Positions 19,552 through 29,144 of a stretch of 64,000 nt of DNA are shown piece by piece. Position numbers and translations under genes: made by a program. Origin of the DNA: an uncultured virus (IMG/VR IMGVR_UViG_3300021959_000014). Lineage: Duplodnaviria > Heunggongvirae > Uroviricota > Caudoviricetes. The DNA lies in IMG/VR virus record IMGVR_UViG_3300021959_000014. One strand, 5' to 3'. The notes under the pieces were generated by a model. The model saw only the letters and a program-made list of their open reading frames with translations. It did not search any database and was not told the DNA's origin. The stretch's first letter is position 1, and each line of letters starts with the position of its first letter.

Positions 19552-20400
19552 TTATGGAAGTTGGTTATTAATTCTAAATTTTATTTCGTCTATCAACACT
19601 CTTGTTGAAGAACTAAAGGATTTAGGACCTTTTAGTACTGCTATATTAAAAGAATCGTAGACTACAGCGTAACGACGTTTTGCGTAACTAGGTGAATCTT
19701 TATCCTCTTCAATTTTTATTGTATATTCTTTACCTGACGATGGTTTAGTGTAACCGTAGACTGTTCCGCCTGCATCATCTATGGATTTCTCGTCAAGTAA
19801 ACCTACATTTGACGGTAGGTTTTCTATTACAGACATAATATGGTCTTTTTGATCCTGGGGTAATTTATCTACACATGTAAATAATTTAAAATCTAAGCTC
19901 ATTAGCTTTGCTTTGACTGGTGTCATTGTTGCTAGTGCTGAGTTTGTTACATATTTGATAGCTTTCTGATCTTGCTCTAGCATCTCTACTATCTTACATG
20001 CTATGTTTAACAGTTGAGCTAGTCTGTTTTGTTTCCCTACTGAAATAGAGTATATTACACCCCCACCTGGTCCAGGAGGTAAACCGATAGTACCTGGCAC
20101 TGGTAGCATCTCTAATAACGTTATAATTATTTTTGCTGCTTTTATCGGAGGATCTAATTTATCAGCAAATGCTGCTATAGGTTCAATCTTCTTTTCGACT
20201 AATGTAATCTTATTAATTAGAGAATCTCTTGTCTTAAGTATATTTTCCAGTATAGATAAATCTGGGCAGAAATTACCTAGTAGTTCCTGAAGTACCTTAG
20301 CTATTAACTTAGTTACTTGTGCCATAATAAGCCCTTCTAGTTTACCTATTAATTTACCTATAAAAAGGCCTAGTTGCGATGGAGGGATAGTACACGGCAT
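19552..20400 (-). CDS. Hypothetical baseplate-region protein
   Basis: Helical ORF coupled to the hub gene. Confidence 0.55.
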   Translation of the reverse strand: MPCTIPPSQLGLFIGKLIGKLEGLIMAQVTKLIAKVLQELLGNFCPDLSILENILKTRDSLINKITLVEKKIEPIAAFADKLDPPIKAAKIIITLLEMLPVPGTIGLPPGPGGGVIYSISVGKQNRLAQLLNIACKIVEMLEQDQKAIKYVTNSALATMTPVKAKLMSLDFKLFTCVDKLPQDQKDHIMSVIENLPSNVGLLDEKSIDDAGGTVYGYTKPSSGKEYTIKIEEDKDSPSYAKRRYAVVYDSFNIAVLKGPKSFSSSTRVLIDEIKFRINNQLP

Positions 20401-21560
20401 TATTCTACGAAGGTTTTAGTTGATTTAAGATTTGACTTTCCGCTTGGATTTATAAGAGCCTGTTGTTGCTGTAATCTTGCTAAAGCAGATGCTCCCTCTT
20501 TTACTAAACTTACTACTGGTCCTCCTCCGTTTGAAGCTGCTTGCATAGCGTTACACATTGATTTAAGTATATCTATAGTATCGCTAAGAAATTGCTCAAC
20601 CTCGTGACCTTTCATTACTGGTTGTTTCTTTTCATTATTATACTCACGTGCTTTAGATCCTAAAAAGATTTTAGGTGCATCTATACAGAGGTAATCGCTA
20701 GCGTCTACGTTAACTGTGTTTGCGTTTATTCCTGCTGATTTAGCGCTTGATATTAATATATCGTCTGTCTTAGCATTAAATGTTAATCTTCCTGCGTTTA
20801 GTACTACCTGTTCTCCTTGGTACTTAGTTGGTAAGTCCGGTACATCGTCGTAACTATCTCTTTTTTGATTAGCTAATGTAATTGGTACTATGTGGTTGGA
20901 TGTTAAGTATATAGATGAAGGGTCCTTATCTATATTTTCTACTATATGGTATATACCGTTCTTGTTTAAGTTTACATTAGTCTGACCGTTGCTTATTAGA
21001 ATAAACGGATCGTTAATGTTATCTTCATCTGTTAATGGATTAATTTCTGAAAAACCTCCTGACATTCGTATCGATTGTGCCAACCTACCTTCTATTATAG
21101 TATCACCTGGGTACGGTTGTAAAGGGGCAATTTCTGGATTTAAGTTTAATCCGTCTTGAATATCTACCTCTGCGTCTGCGTCATCTTTTACTGGGTAGGC
21201 GTTAACATGGGGGTGGTTAAATATCTTATAAACTGTCTGATAATAATCTACATCGATGTCTCCGGAGTTACTTATTATCTTATTTGGACCTTTAACTAAG
21301 TATACTATTTCATTCTTTAGAGGAAGTGTGTTTATATTAGGGTTCAATGGATGTGCGAAACCTGTAAAGGCTTCTTCTCCGGATTCAGAATCATCATAGG
21401 ACAGTCCTAACTCTCTATAGAATATACCACCTACACTTGCTGCTTTACCAGCGAGTTCATATCTAGGATGATCTTTATCTATTATTACATCTATAACCCT
21501 AACAGGTTTATTTAATGTATTAAATTCATCGTCTCTTAAGTCCGGTCCTTTTATACTCAT
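20400..21560 (-). CDS. Baseplate hub/central spike (gp5-like) candidate
   Basis: PLKNEIV, PYPGDTIIEGR..SIR, beta-repeat QVVLNAGRLTFNAK, C-terminal KSTKTFVE; lies near gp25. Confidence 0.6.
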   Translation of the reverse strand: MSIKGPDLRDDEFNTLNKPVRVIDVIIDKDHPRYELAGKAASVGGIFYRELGLSYDDSESGEEAFTGFAHPLNPNINTLPLKNEIVYLVKGPNKIISNSGDIDVDYYQTVYKIFNHPHVNAYPVKDDADAEVDIQDGLNLNPEIAPLQPYPGDTIIEGRLAQSIRMSGGFSEINPLTDEDNINDPFILISNGQTNVNLNKNGIYHIVENIDKDPSSIYLTSNHIVPITLANQKRDSYDDVPDLPTKYQGEQVVLNAGRLTFNAKTDDILISSAKSAGINANTVNVDASDYLCIDAPKIFLGSKAREYNNEKKQPVMKGHEVEQFLSDTIDILKSMCNAMQAASNGGGPVVSLVKEGASALARLQQQQALINPSGKSNLKSTKTFVE

Positions 21561-21564
21561 GACT

Positions 21565-21936
21565 TTACTCTTCTTCTTTACCGTTATCCTCTTGTTTATC
21601 TACTAACTCTTCTTGTATATCTTCTGATTCTTCAAGTAGTGATTGAAGGTCTTCGAAGTTAAACATATCCTCACCGCCGCCTTTAGTTTGAGCTATTTCC
21701 ATTCTCTGTATAATGGTAGCTAGTTTTACTAGTGCATCATCATTTTTAACACCTATTTCCATATACTCTTTAATCATAGGAACTATTAATGTTGCATCGC
21801 CAATGTTTTCTATTAGAGGTTTTAATTCTCCAATAAGGGATTTCACTTGAGATTTTGTCTCTTTTGAGTTATCGTAGATTTCACCAAAAAGATCAGATAA
21901 TGATTTACCTTTAAAAATTTCTTTATCAGTACTCAT
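21565..21936 (-). CDS. Hypothetical helical protein
   Basis: ORF with late motif at 21948-21955. Confidence 0.55.
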   Translation of the reverse strand: MSTDKEIFKGKSLSDLFGEIYDNSKETKSQVKSLIGELKPLIENIGDATLIVPMIKEYMEIGVKNDDALVKLATIIQRMEIAQTKGGGEDMFNFEDLQSLLEESEDIQEELVDKQEDNGKEEE

Positions 21937-21947
21937 ACGTTTTTATA

Positions 21948-21955
21948 TATAAATA
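21948..21955 (-). promoter_or_regulatory. Putative late promoter TATTTATA
   Basis: Heads the baseplate gene run. Confidence 0.55.
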
Positions 21956-21958
21956 GAT

Positions 21959-22663
21959 TTAAAGTTCTTTTGTGCGAATTAAACCTACATCATTATATTT
22001 ATCGAATAAAACATAGAAGTGTGTTTTTAACTTATTTACCACTTTAGTTAAGTGTGGAGTTTCACAATCCGTCATTTCCCTTATGTATATATACAGAGCT
22101 TTCTTTTTAAATATATCTAAATCCTGTCTTGTTTTAAATATAGTTAAAATAGCATCCGCTATCTTTCTTTCACTTTCTTTAGTAAAATTACTTTCTAAAT
22201 CTACATATGCTTCTTCTACGTATATATCTAGAAATTGGCTGAGTGATATAGAGTCTTCTTCGTTTTTCCAAAATGGAGTATCGTATGAATCTTCCATATC
22301 ATCAAAACTTCCGATTTTCTTTAACTTCTTATAATTTTTATTATTATAATTTATTAACCACCTTTTTACTATAGTTCCGAAATATGAATAAGCTTTTGCT
22401 CCATTATCCTTATCAAACTTCATAATCTTTTCTTCTAAGAGCATAGAGACTATTTCGTGTTTAAGGTCTTCAATCTTATCAACATCTGTGTAGTAAAACT
22501 TAAATGTATGTATTATATTCTCTGCTAGCTTATAGAACGGGTAGTAGATGTGTTCTGTAAATATCTTATTACGGTATTCGGTGTCTATTGAAGAGTTGTA
22601 CTTGTTTATATATTCTTCTGTCTCTTTTGTAAAGTAATTAGCTTTTGATCTCTTTCTTGGCAT
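21959..22663 (-). CDS. Phage sigma factor, T4 gp55-like
   Basis: NYF..FYKLAENII..KFDKDNGAKAYSYFGTIVKRWLI resembles sigma region 2 of gp55-type factors. Confidence 0.7.
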   Translation of the reverse strand: MPRKRSKANYFTKETEEYINKYNSSIDTEYRNKIFTEHIYYPFYKLAENIIHTFKFYYTDVDKIEDLKHEIVSMLLEEKIMKFDKDNGAKAYSYFGTIVKRWLINYNNKNYKKLKKIGSFDDMEDSYDTPFWKNEEDSISLSQFLDIYVEEAYVDLESNFTKESERKIADAILTIFKTRQDLDIFKKKALYIYIREMTDCETPHLTKVVNKLKTHFYVLFDKYNDVGLIRTKEL

Positions 22664-22958
22664 AGTTTTCGGGTAGTTGGTATTTGTCCAACTCTTTTTG
22701 TATCAGTTTTATATTTTCAAAAAAATAACCGACCTCATCATCAGACTTGAAAACCCCACGTTCGTCAAGATTGTTTAGGTGCTTTTGTGTATCTACTATC
22801 AAAGAAGAGACTTTTACCAGGTATTCTGATTGATTATTAGTAATATCTTGGTAATTCTCTACCTTTCTTAGTAGGTTATATGTAATATACGATAAAATTC
22901 CGGCAAAAGCAACTAAAATTGTTACTATTATGTATAGAGTGGTAGGATTAATGTTCAT
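22638..22958 (-). CDS. Membrane-anchored coiled-coil protein
   Basis: N-terminal TM helix. Confidence 0.6.
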   Translation of the reverse strand: MNINPTTLYIIVTILVAFAGILSYITYNLLRKVENYQDITNNQSEYLVKVSSLIVDTQKHLNNLDERGVFKSDDEVGYFFENIKLIQKELDKYQLPENYAKKEIKS

Positions 22959-22959
22959 A

Positions 22960-23691
22960 CTATATATTTTTAAGTAAATTTGTTAAGCCCTGAGAAGAAT
23001 TAACTCTTTTACCTGTGGTTGATTTAGTCTTCTGGGATTTAGGTTGTGAAGATCCTCCGTTTCTTTTCCACATATCGTACTCTACCTTAGAGGCTAAGAA
23101 GTCAGCAGTATGTAAAACGGATACTAAAGCTGTTTTTTGTCTAGATGATTCAACATTACTGAAAAAGTAAGCTTCATTAGCCTTATCAAACACTCCATCG
23201 TGGCATCTTATACCTAAAAACTCTTTTTGATCTACTTTAATACCGAACTTCTGTAAAATAAATAAAGATCTATCTGGAATTAACATAAATTGAAGGTCTG
23301 GATTATAAGTATACATTTCTGAAAGCTTATCTTGTCTCCATTTATCAGTCTGAGGTATATAGTTTGGTTGATCTCCATCTCCTATCTTACCTAAATCATG
23401 AAAGAGAGCGGCAAATACTAATTGCTCTTCAGTATAATCTAAAGTACCACCCATTTTTTCATATAATCTAGACTGCTCTACAGCATATTGTACTACTCTA
23501 TTAACATGATCTACATATCCTCCAGCAAAAGCATTATGATACCAAGTCTTTCCACTAGCAGGAGCCATTACATAGTTATCCTCCATGTGTTTTAACATCT
23601 CTTTACAAGCGATAGCACGTCCACCTAAATAGGTTTCAATGATTTTTAAGTGTTTTTCGTAGTTTTTAGCAATCTGTTCAGCATTTAACAT
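22960..23691 (-). CDS. HD-domain phosphohydrolase
   Basis: APAS..YHNAFAGG..H..ALFHDLGK..HDG..HTAD. Confidence 0.85.
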   Translation of the reverse strand: MLNAEQIAKNYEKHLKIIETYLGGRAIACKEMLKHMEDNYVMAPASGKTWYHNAFAGGYVDHVNRVVQYAVEQSRLYEKMGGTLDYTEEQLVFAALFHDLGKIGDGDQPNYIPQTDKWRQDKLSEMYTYNPDLQFMLIPDRSLFILQKFGIKVDQKEFLGIRCHDGVFDKANEAYFFSNVESSRQKTALVSVLHTADFLASKVEYDMWKRNGGSSQPKSQKTKSTTGKRVNSSQGLTNLLKNI

Positions 23692-23835
23692 AGGTAACCT
23701 TTTTAAATTTATTCTTATTAATAGTTAATTAAATTATTATTAAATATTTTATTTATTTAAATATACTTTTTATTATACCTTATTAATTTTCTTATATAAT
23801 ATATACAAGGTATTAAAAATTTTGCAGAAAAGCAA

Positions 23836-24474
23836 CTATTCTATAATATATTTTTCTAAATATTCATCTTTTAACACGGAATACTCACCGGCATCCCAAA
23901 ATACCCTCATATAAACCGATATAGTATCACCTATCATCACTTCTGGGACTGGACCAACTAACCTTTTTGTAGTAAATCTACCTTCTTCATTGTCTGCAAA
24001 GTAAATTCTAGTATCATTCTGGACTATAGGGAGTACCATTCCTTGAAACTGACTTAAATAAACCACAGTATCCTGTACAGGTATTGGAAAACCATCGTAA
24101 GTCTCTAATCCAGTATAAGGGTTGTACAGTGGAATAGTGAAAGCAATACTATCTCCTAACACATAGTAAGTATCTGTATCAAATTCAGCACTAACAACAG
24201 GTACATCGTTATAGTAATAAACAGGATTAGTACGAGATGCCTCTACATCTATAGCAAAATAAGGTAAATACTCTCTAGTCCAATCAAGGACAGCGTGTGT
24301 ATAACCGTTACTGTCTTTGTAAAATTGAGTAGACATATATGCATTACAATCACCTCCTACACAAGTGTTAGGTATCAAAACATCTTGCTCACAAGAAAGG
24401 GCGAGGGCGAGTAAAAACAAAAGGGCCGCCGCGCGAAACGCGCGCAAGTTGCCGCGAAGATTTATATCTAACAT
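23836..24474 (-). CDS. Putative lipoprotein
   Basis: Hydrophobic signal followed by LALS-C lipobox. Confidence 0.6.
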   Translation of the reverse strand: MLDINLRGNLRAFRAAALLFLLALALSCEQDVLIPNTCVGGDCNAYMSTQFYKDSNGYTHAVLDWTREYLPYFAIDVEASRTNPVYYYNDVPVVSAEFDTDTYYVLGDSIAFTIPLYNPYTGLETYDGFPIPVQDTVVYLSQFQGMVLPIVQNDTRIYFADNEEGRFTTKRLVGPVPEVMIGDTISVYMRVFWDAGEYSVLKDEYLEKYIIE

Positions 24475-24839
24475 ACCTCAAAGTGTTTAGCTACCCAACC
24501 GTACTTCTCAATATGATCTTCATAGAATTCATCATCACCGTACATAAAGTAAGCATCGGCTTGATCTAACCATCTAAGAGCAGTCTCCTTATCATCAGCC
24601 CCTACAGACATTACATCCTTAATAGCTTTATTCTCCCAAGCCCTCTCATCTTCGACTTGCTTTGAGTTTACTAACATAAGGTCGGTAACGAAATCAGCAA
24701 GCTCCTGGAAAGACCAATTATGGAAGTTATACCCTCTAGGTCTGAAACCATTAACGTCTTTGTAGAGATCTGAGACCCACATAAGAGTTTCATCGAATTG
24801 ACTTTGATTTGAAATTGTGTGTGTGTTTGAATTTGCCAT
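24468..24839 (-). CDS. Hypothetical early protein
   Basis: SDLYKDVNGFRPR motif; behind repeated promoter. Confidence 0.7.
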   Translation of the reverse strand: MANSNTHTISNQSQFDETLMWVSDLYKDVNGFRPRGYNFHNWSFQELADFVTDLMLVNSKQVEDERAWENKAIKDVMSVGADDKETALRWLDQADAYFMYGDDEFYEDHIEKYGWVAKHFEVC

Positions 24840-24864
24840 AACCTTTATCTTTTTATCTTATATC

Positions 24865-24896
24865 TAAATATACGAAAAATTAAGTTACTAGGCAAC
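24865..24896 (-). promoter_or_regulatory. Early-type promoter
   Basis: GTTG-N20-TATATTTA. Confidence 0.75.
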
Positions 24897-24907
24897 TAAA
24901 GTGACAG

Positions 24908-25348
24908 TTATTTATTAATTATTTGGTAAACTTCTTCTAAAATAAAGAGATCTTTGTATTGAACGATTTTAGCGCATTTCTCATACTGCTCAACACTTAT
25001 ATAATGCTCTATTAGATCATCTAAAGCTAATTGTATCTCATCCTTTGAATAGCTTTTGCCTATACGGAAAGCAGTCTCTATCTTTCTTAAATCCAATCTA
25101 TTAAGATATCCATACATCTTATCGTAGTACTTACCTTTAATACCTGGTTCTGCTGCTTTAAACTGCTCTGGATACTTACGAGTATACATTAATACCATAA
25201 GCTTATAGTTCTCTAAACCTCTTAACACCATCCCCATAAGGACAAAAGGGTTATCTAAGACATCATCGTGTCCATGCTCTCTATATACCTCTTCATCTCC
25301 TTGTTCGAAGATGCTAAATAACGTATGTGGGTCTAGTTTTTCCATCAT
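24908..25348 (-). CDS. Hypothetical protein with UVR-like C-terminus
   Basis: EQYEKCAKI. Confidence 0.6.
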   Translation of the reverse strand: MMEKLDPHTLFSIFEQGDEEVYREHGHDDVLDNPFVLMGMVLRGLENYKLMVLMYTRKYPEQFKAAEPGIKGKYYDKMYGYLNRLDLRKIETAFRIGKSYSKDEIQLALDDLIEHYISVEQYEKCAKIVQYKDLFILEEVYQIINK

Positions 25349-25406
25349 TAATAAATAGCATGTTTGTATAGATCAAAAAATTTGCAAAAAAAAAATTTCA
25401 ATATTA

Positions 25407-25438
25407 GTTGTTTTTTCCCCAAAAATTTCTTATATTAT
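25407..25438 (+). promoter_or_regulatory. Early-type promoter driving the plus-strand island
   Basis: GTTG-N20-TATATTA on + strand. Confidence 0.7.
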
Positions 25439-25466
25439 TTAATATAATAAGGTATAGAAAATATAG

Positions 25467-25649
25467 ATGAGTACTGGAGAAGATTTACTGTATATTGCAT
25501 ACGCTCAAGGTAAAAACGTAGAGCTACTTAAAAGGGTCGGAGAAATACGGTCGACCAAGCAAGGACAACGTAAAGATATGAATGAACTCATAGATATGGC
25601 ATATCAAGAGCTAGTCAAAGAAGGAACAATCCAGTTAGACAACTCATAG
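25467..25649 (+). CDS. Hypothetical protein
   Basis: First gene after the + strand promoter. Confidence 0.7.
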   Translation: MSTGEDLLYIAYAQGKNVELLKRVGEIRSTKQGQRKDMNELIDMAYQELVKEGTIQLDNS

Positions 25650-25676
25650 ATAGCCTATGTACTATAAAACATATAA

Positions 25677-25877
25677 ATGTTAAGAATACTATTAAAGAAA
25701 GGTGAGGACATTGCAAGAGCATTAAAGAGGTATAAACGTAAGGTACGGGATACAAAGCTGTTGAAAGAACAGAGAGAACGTAAACACTATACAAAACCTT
25801 CGGATGCCAAGCGTAAGTCTAAACAAAAGACAATTAAGACCCGTGAGTATAGAGACAAACACGAAGATTTAAAGTAA
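25677..25877 (+). CDS. rpsU: 30S ribosomal protein bS21
   Basis: GEDIARALKRYKRK..RERKHYTKPS..R signature. Confidence 0.92.
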   Translation: MLRILLKKGEDIARALKRYKRKVRDTKLLKEQRERKHYTKPSDAKRKSKQKTIKTREYRDKHEDLK

Positions 25878-26020
25878 TGAGCAATAGAGAAGAAAATAAA
25901 CAACTAGGTAAACAAGTATTAGGTATGTTAGGAGATACCGTATTTGCTTTAATAGTAGGAATGCTATGTTTGTTTGTATTAGGTGGTGTTGTGAGTGCTA
26001 TGTGGAGTTTAATAGCTTAA
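25877..26020 (+). CDS. Small membrane protein (47 aa)
   Basis: TAATG coupling to rpsU; hydrophobic C-terminal half; translated by hand. Confidence 0.65.
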   Translation: MSNREENKQLGKQVLGMLGDTVFALIVGMLCLFVLGGVVSAMWSLIA

Positions 26021-26209
26021 CATATATACATATATATTACTATATACCAAAATTCTATAGGAAGTATGCGATTAGGTATGGTAGAATCTTGCAGAGGACC
26101 AACCCTTTAGGGAACTTTACTGTCACTGTTCTATCACCATGATATCTACATGCCTTCACCCGACCGGCAGGATACCGGACGAGTTAACGAAGGACTTAGG
26201 AAGGTAAGG

Positions 26210-26416
26210 TTATACCTTGGAATTGTTTATACGTTTGATTACATACTCTATACCCGCCCATATGCCTAATATAGATAAGACTATAACACATGTACGCTCT
26301 GGATGTATAAAGATCTGATATAGTATACCATTAACCAGCTGTATAAAGGCATAACCTATACCATATACTATTATAATACCAGCTACTACCATTACGGCTC
26401 TTAATATATTAACCAT
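26210..26416 (-). CDS. Small membrane protein
   Basis: Two hydrophobic segments. Confidence 0.6.
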   Translation of the reverse strand: MVNILRAVMVVAGIIIVYGIGYAFIQLVNGILYQIFIHPERTCVIVLSILGIWAGIEYVIKRINNSKV

Positions 26417-26597
26417 AGATCAATTTTTGTTTACTAACAAAGTATATAAGACTATCTAGTGCCTCATTCATACCATCGAAATCATTGTTACTCTTAGCCT
26501 CATCAAACTTTGCTTGCCAATGCTCAATCTTAGGCATATAGCCGTTGAGGTACTTCACATAATCAGTAGCAGGATTTAAATCTAACTTCTTCTTCAT
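26409..26597 (-). CDS. Hypothetical early protein
   Basis: TAAAGGTT-ATG leader. Confidence 0.7.
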   Translation of the reverse strand: MKKKLDLNPATDYVKYLNGYMPKIEHWQAKFDEAKSNNDFDGMNEALDSLIYFVSKQKLIYG

Positions 26598-26623
26598 AAC
26601 CTTTATTTAATTTAATTAATAAT

Positions 26624-26884
26624 TTATACTACACCTATTATACATCTCTCTAACTGAGCGATAGACATTGTATTTAAACCCGGTGTAGGATGATACAACT
26701 TATCTGTTCTCTTACTACCATCAGCTCTTCTACCAGACACATTGGCATATTGACTATAACACTCCATGTAGTAGGCCTTATTCATATCCTCTTCCACTCT
26801 AATCAATAGACTGGTCCCGGTAGAACTAAAATTGTCACTAAACATCTTACCTACATAACTCTTTAAATACTCTATATTACTCAT
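26624..26884 (-). CDS. Hypothetical early protein (start corrected to MSNIEY)
   Basis: Leader motif places ATG at 26884. Confidence 0.7.
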   Translation of the reverse strand: MSNIEYLKSYVGKMFSDNFSSTGTSLLIRVEEDMNKAYYMECYSQYANVSGRRADGSKRTDKLYHPTPGLNTMSIAQLERCIIGVV

Positions 26885-26904
26885 AACCTTTATTGCTTTA
26901 TACT

Positions 26905-26936
26905 TAAATATAAGAAAAATATCCTTAGGAGGCAAC
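26905..26936 (-). promoter_or_regulatory. Early-type promoter
   Basis: GTTG-N20-TATATTTA. Confidence 0.75.
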
Positions 26937-26956
26937 TAATACCCCATAGGATTTAT

Positions 26957-27262
26957 CTATCCTTCAACCATTATCATTTCATTTAACGGGAAGTTATATG
27001 TAGTTCTCTGAGACATCATATCAAATGTATAACACTTAACCGTAGTAGGACCCAAAGAAGATACATTCATACCATTAAAGTTATTCCAGATACTATAAGA
27101 CGTTTTACCATCTATACCATCCTTATAACAATTGATCTTATATACCTCAGGCTCTCCTTTATAACCTTTGCCGTAGGTAAACTTAATACTCTCTTCATCC
27201 TCCATGGACTTGATGATGTCTAACATTACTTTTGAACTCTTAACTTTGTCTGAATACGTCAT
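26957..27262 (-). CDS. Hypothetical early protein
   Basis: Promoter and leader upstream. Confidence 0.7.
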   Translation of the reverse strand: MTYSDKVKSSKVMLDIIKSMEDEESIKFTYGKGYKGEPEVYKINCYKDGIDGKTSYSIWNNFNGMNVSSLGPTTVKCYTFDMMSQRTTYNFPLNEMIMVEG

Positions 27263-27290
27263 AACCTTTATTTATCTTTATTAATATACC

Positions 27291-27322
27291 TTAATATAAG
27301 AAAATTTACGCATATAGACAAC
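27291..27322 (-). promoter_or_regulatory. Early-type promoter
   Basis: GTTG-N20-TATATTAA. Confidence 0.7.
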
Positions 27323-27632
27323 TGTTTGGTGGGTTATTTTCCTCTATATAGAAAAAAAAATATTGGAGAGGGGTGCATGCCTGATATAATTTCCTTTCAT
27401 TCCATACATCCTATAGGTATTATTCTATACAAACAATATATCTCAATATAAAACTATATGTATATCAATATATTAATATATACGTTACACTTAATTGATA
27501 TGCTTTAGGCTAACACTTGGTTGTTTACCCTCTATCTACCTTACTACCACGGTATCTCTCCATTGATCTTATATCTAATGATATGTAGTATTGATCAAAG
27601 TCGTACACTCTCAGACACATGCTTTAGCATGC

Positions 27633-27830
27633 TTACATATATGCTTTAGGTGATGGCAGACCTCCGTAATGACACCATTCCTCTTCCTTTAGATTGTTGG
27701 GTTGGGTTGGATCATTTGAGACATTCGTCGAAAATGCGCGTGGCACCTTCGGTGGAGAGAGAAACGCCCCCTCCCCCTTCAAAGCTTCTACGTCCATACC
27801 CCATCCTCTTAATTGTTCTTGTATTGTCAT
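27633..27830 (-). CDS. Hypothetical protein
   Basis: C-terminal WCHYGGLPSPKAY. Confidence 0.55.
   Translation of the reverse strand: MTIQEQLRGWGMDVEALKGEGAFLSPPKVPRAFSTNVSNDPTQPNNLKEEEWCHYGGLPSPKAYM
27736..27773 (-). repeat. GC-rich hairpin repeat, copy 1
   Basis: GAGGGGGCGTTT..CACC-GAA-GGTG-CCACGCGC. Confidence 0.7.
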
Positions 27831-27845
27831 AACTCTTATTTTACT

Positions 27846-28401
27846 TTAAAATAGTATTATATTATCTGTCTCTATTGAAGTCCTTCTTATATAGTCCTTT
27901 ATAAAGCCTTCCTCTATTACAAATGGTCTCCATAGTCCTATTGTTAAAGGTTTATACTCATATACTTTAAACTCCATATTAATCTTCTATACATGTAGGC
28001 GGTTTACTTCCTGTAGGTACTGAGACATAATCATCTATACCATCTTCTATTATATCATCTAACCAATCCCATTCTCTTCCGCTATTGATCATCTCTTTCG
28101 CATTTTATATATTAAGTACCCATTCCATAACATTAACACTACTATAGCTAATATCAAATCCGGTATTGATTCTTTACTCATCTTTGTTATGGTTTGATTG
28201 CTAATGCTAATAGTGTTAAAAGTGTAACTAATCCAACAAAGGAACAGCATATGAATACTACTTTTGCGCTAACTTCATATTGTTCTTCGTTACTCATCTT
28301 TAGAATTTACCTTGATTAGTCTTACCATTAAGATAGTTCTCATTTGCTATCTTTATACCCATCCACATATCTCTTAATATTCTTTTTATTGCCTTTATCA
28401 T
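27846..28401 (-). CDS. Chain of five micro-ORFs (28300-28401, 28187-28297, 28089-28181, 27979-28092, 27846-27977)
   Basis: 30-43 aa ORFs abutting or overlapping; translated by hand. Confidence 0.55.
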
Positions 28402-28628
28402 AGCTTATACTTTTTAATCTTACCCTTTATTCTTTTATCGATATACTCTTTGTCATAGCGTTTCTCTACAATGTTCAACCAAAGCTTAACATCTGCTATT
28501 TCATCTTGTATCTCTATTGTATGTTCCTTCTTAGGCTTATTATAGTTCTGAAGTAATACTGTAGCTAATTCATTTAACTCCTCTATTAACTTCAACGTTG
28601 TTTTATCTTTGGTCATTTTATATGCCAT
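28398..28628 (-). CDS. MazG-like NTP pyrophosphatase-fold protein
   Basis: LIEELNEL..IQDEIADV. Confidence 0.65.
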   Translation of the reverse strand: MAYKMTKDKTTLKLIEELNELATVLLQNYNKPKKEHTIEIQDEIADVKLWLNIVEKRYDKEYIDKRIKGKIKKYKL

Positions 28629-29127
28629 GATTCATCTCTTTAATATGTTTTTGATAGTCTACTTCGTTGACCATATACCCCCAATGTAGTAATGATTGTT
28701 GTATCCTTGGACTTACTTTCCAATCACCTGTCTCTTCTATCCTGTTATAGATTCTTTTACGCCATCTACCATTCACTCCACAAAACTCTCTCCATCGTTG
28801 AATCTGTCTTGCATCATCTGAATGCCTTCTACCGTTGTGATATTTTAAGTACCATTCAAACCAACCATATGGATCATCATTATGTATCCAACCCTTCTCT
28901 TTCCAATAGTCATAAGGCATGCCGCTCTTAATCTTAAACATATTCTTCTTCACTTGATACTTATCTCCTAAGTACTTTTCCGGAGATACTTCTGCTAATG
29001 TCTCTTGAAATAGAGATTGGTAATCATAATCACCTTCTAAGTCTTTTGTACCGAAGTATGATCCTCCAAAGGCACCACAATTAAGAATTCCTTTAGGAGT
29101 TAGTATGGGTTTAAATTCTTCTATCAT
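28618..29127 (-). CDS. Conserved Trp-rich hypothetical protein
   Basis: LTPK..GAFGGSYF..DPYGWFEWY..GRR..RQIQRW..QSLLHW. Confidence 0.65.
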   Translation of the reverse strand: MIEEFKPILTPKGILNCGAFGGSYFGTKDLEGDYDYQSLFQETLAEVSPEKYLGDKYQVKKNMFKIKSGMPYDYWKEKGWIHNDDPYGWFEWYLKYHNGRRHSDDARQIQRWREFCGVNGRWRKRIYNRIEETGDWKVSPRIQQSLLHWGYMVNEVDYQKHIKEMNHGI

Positions 29128-29144
29128 ATTACTTATTTAAATTC

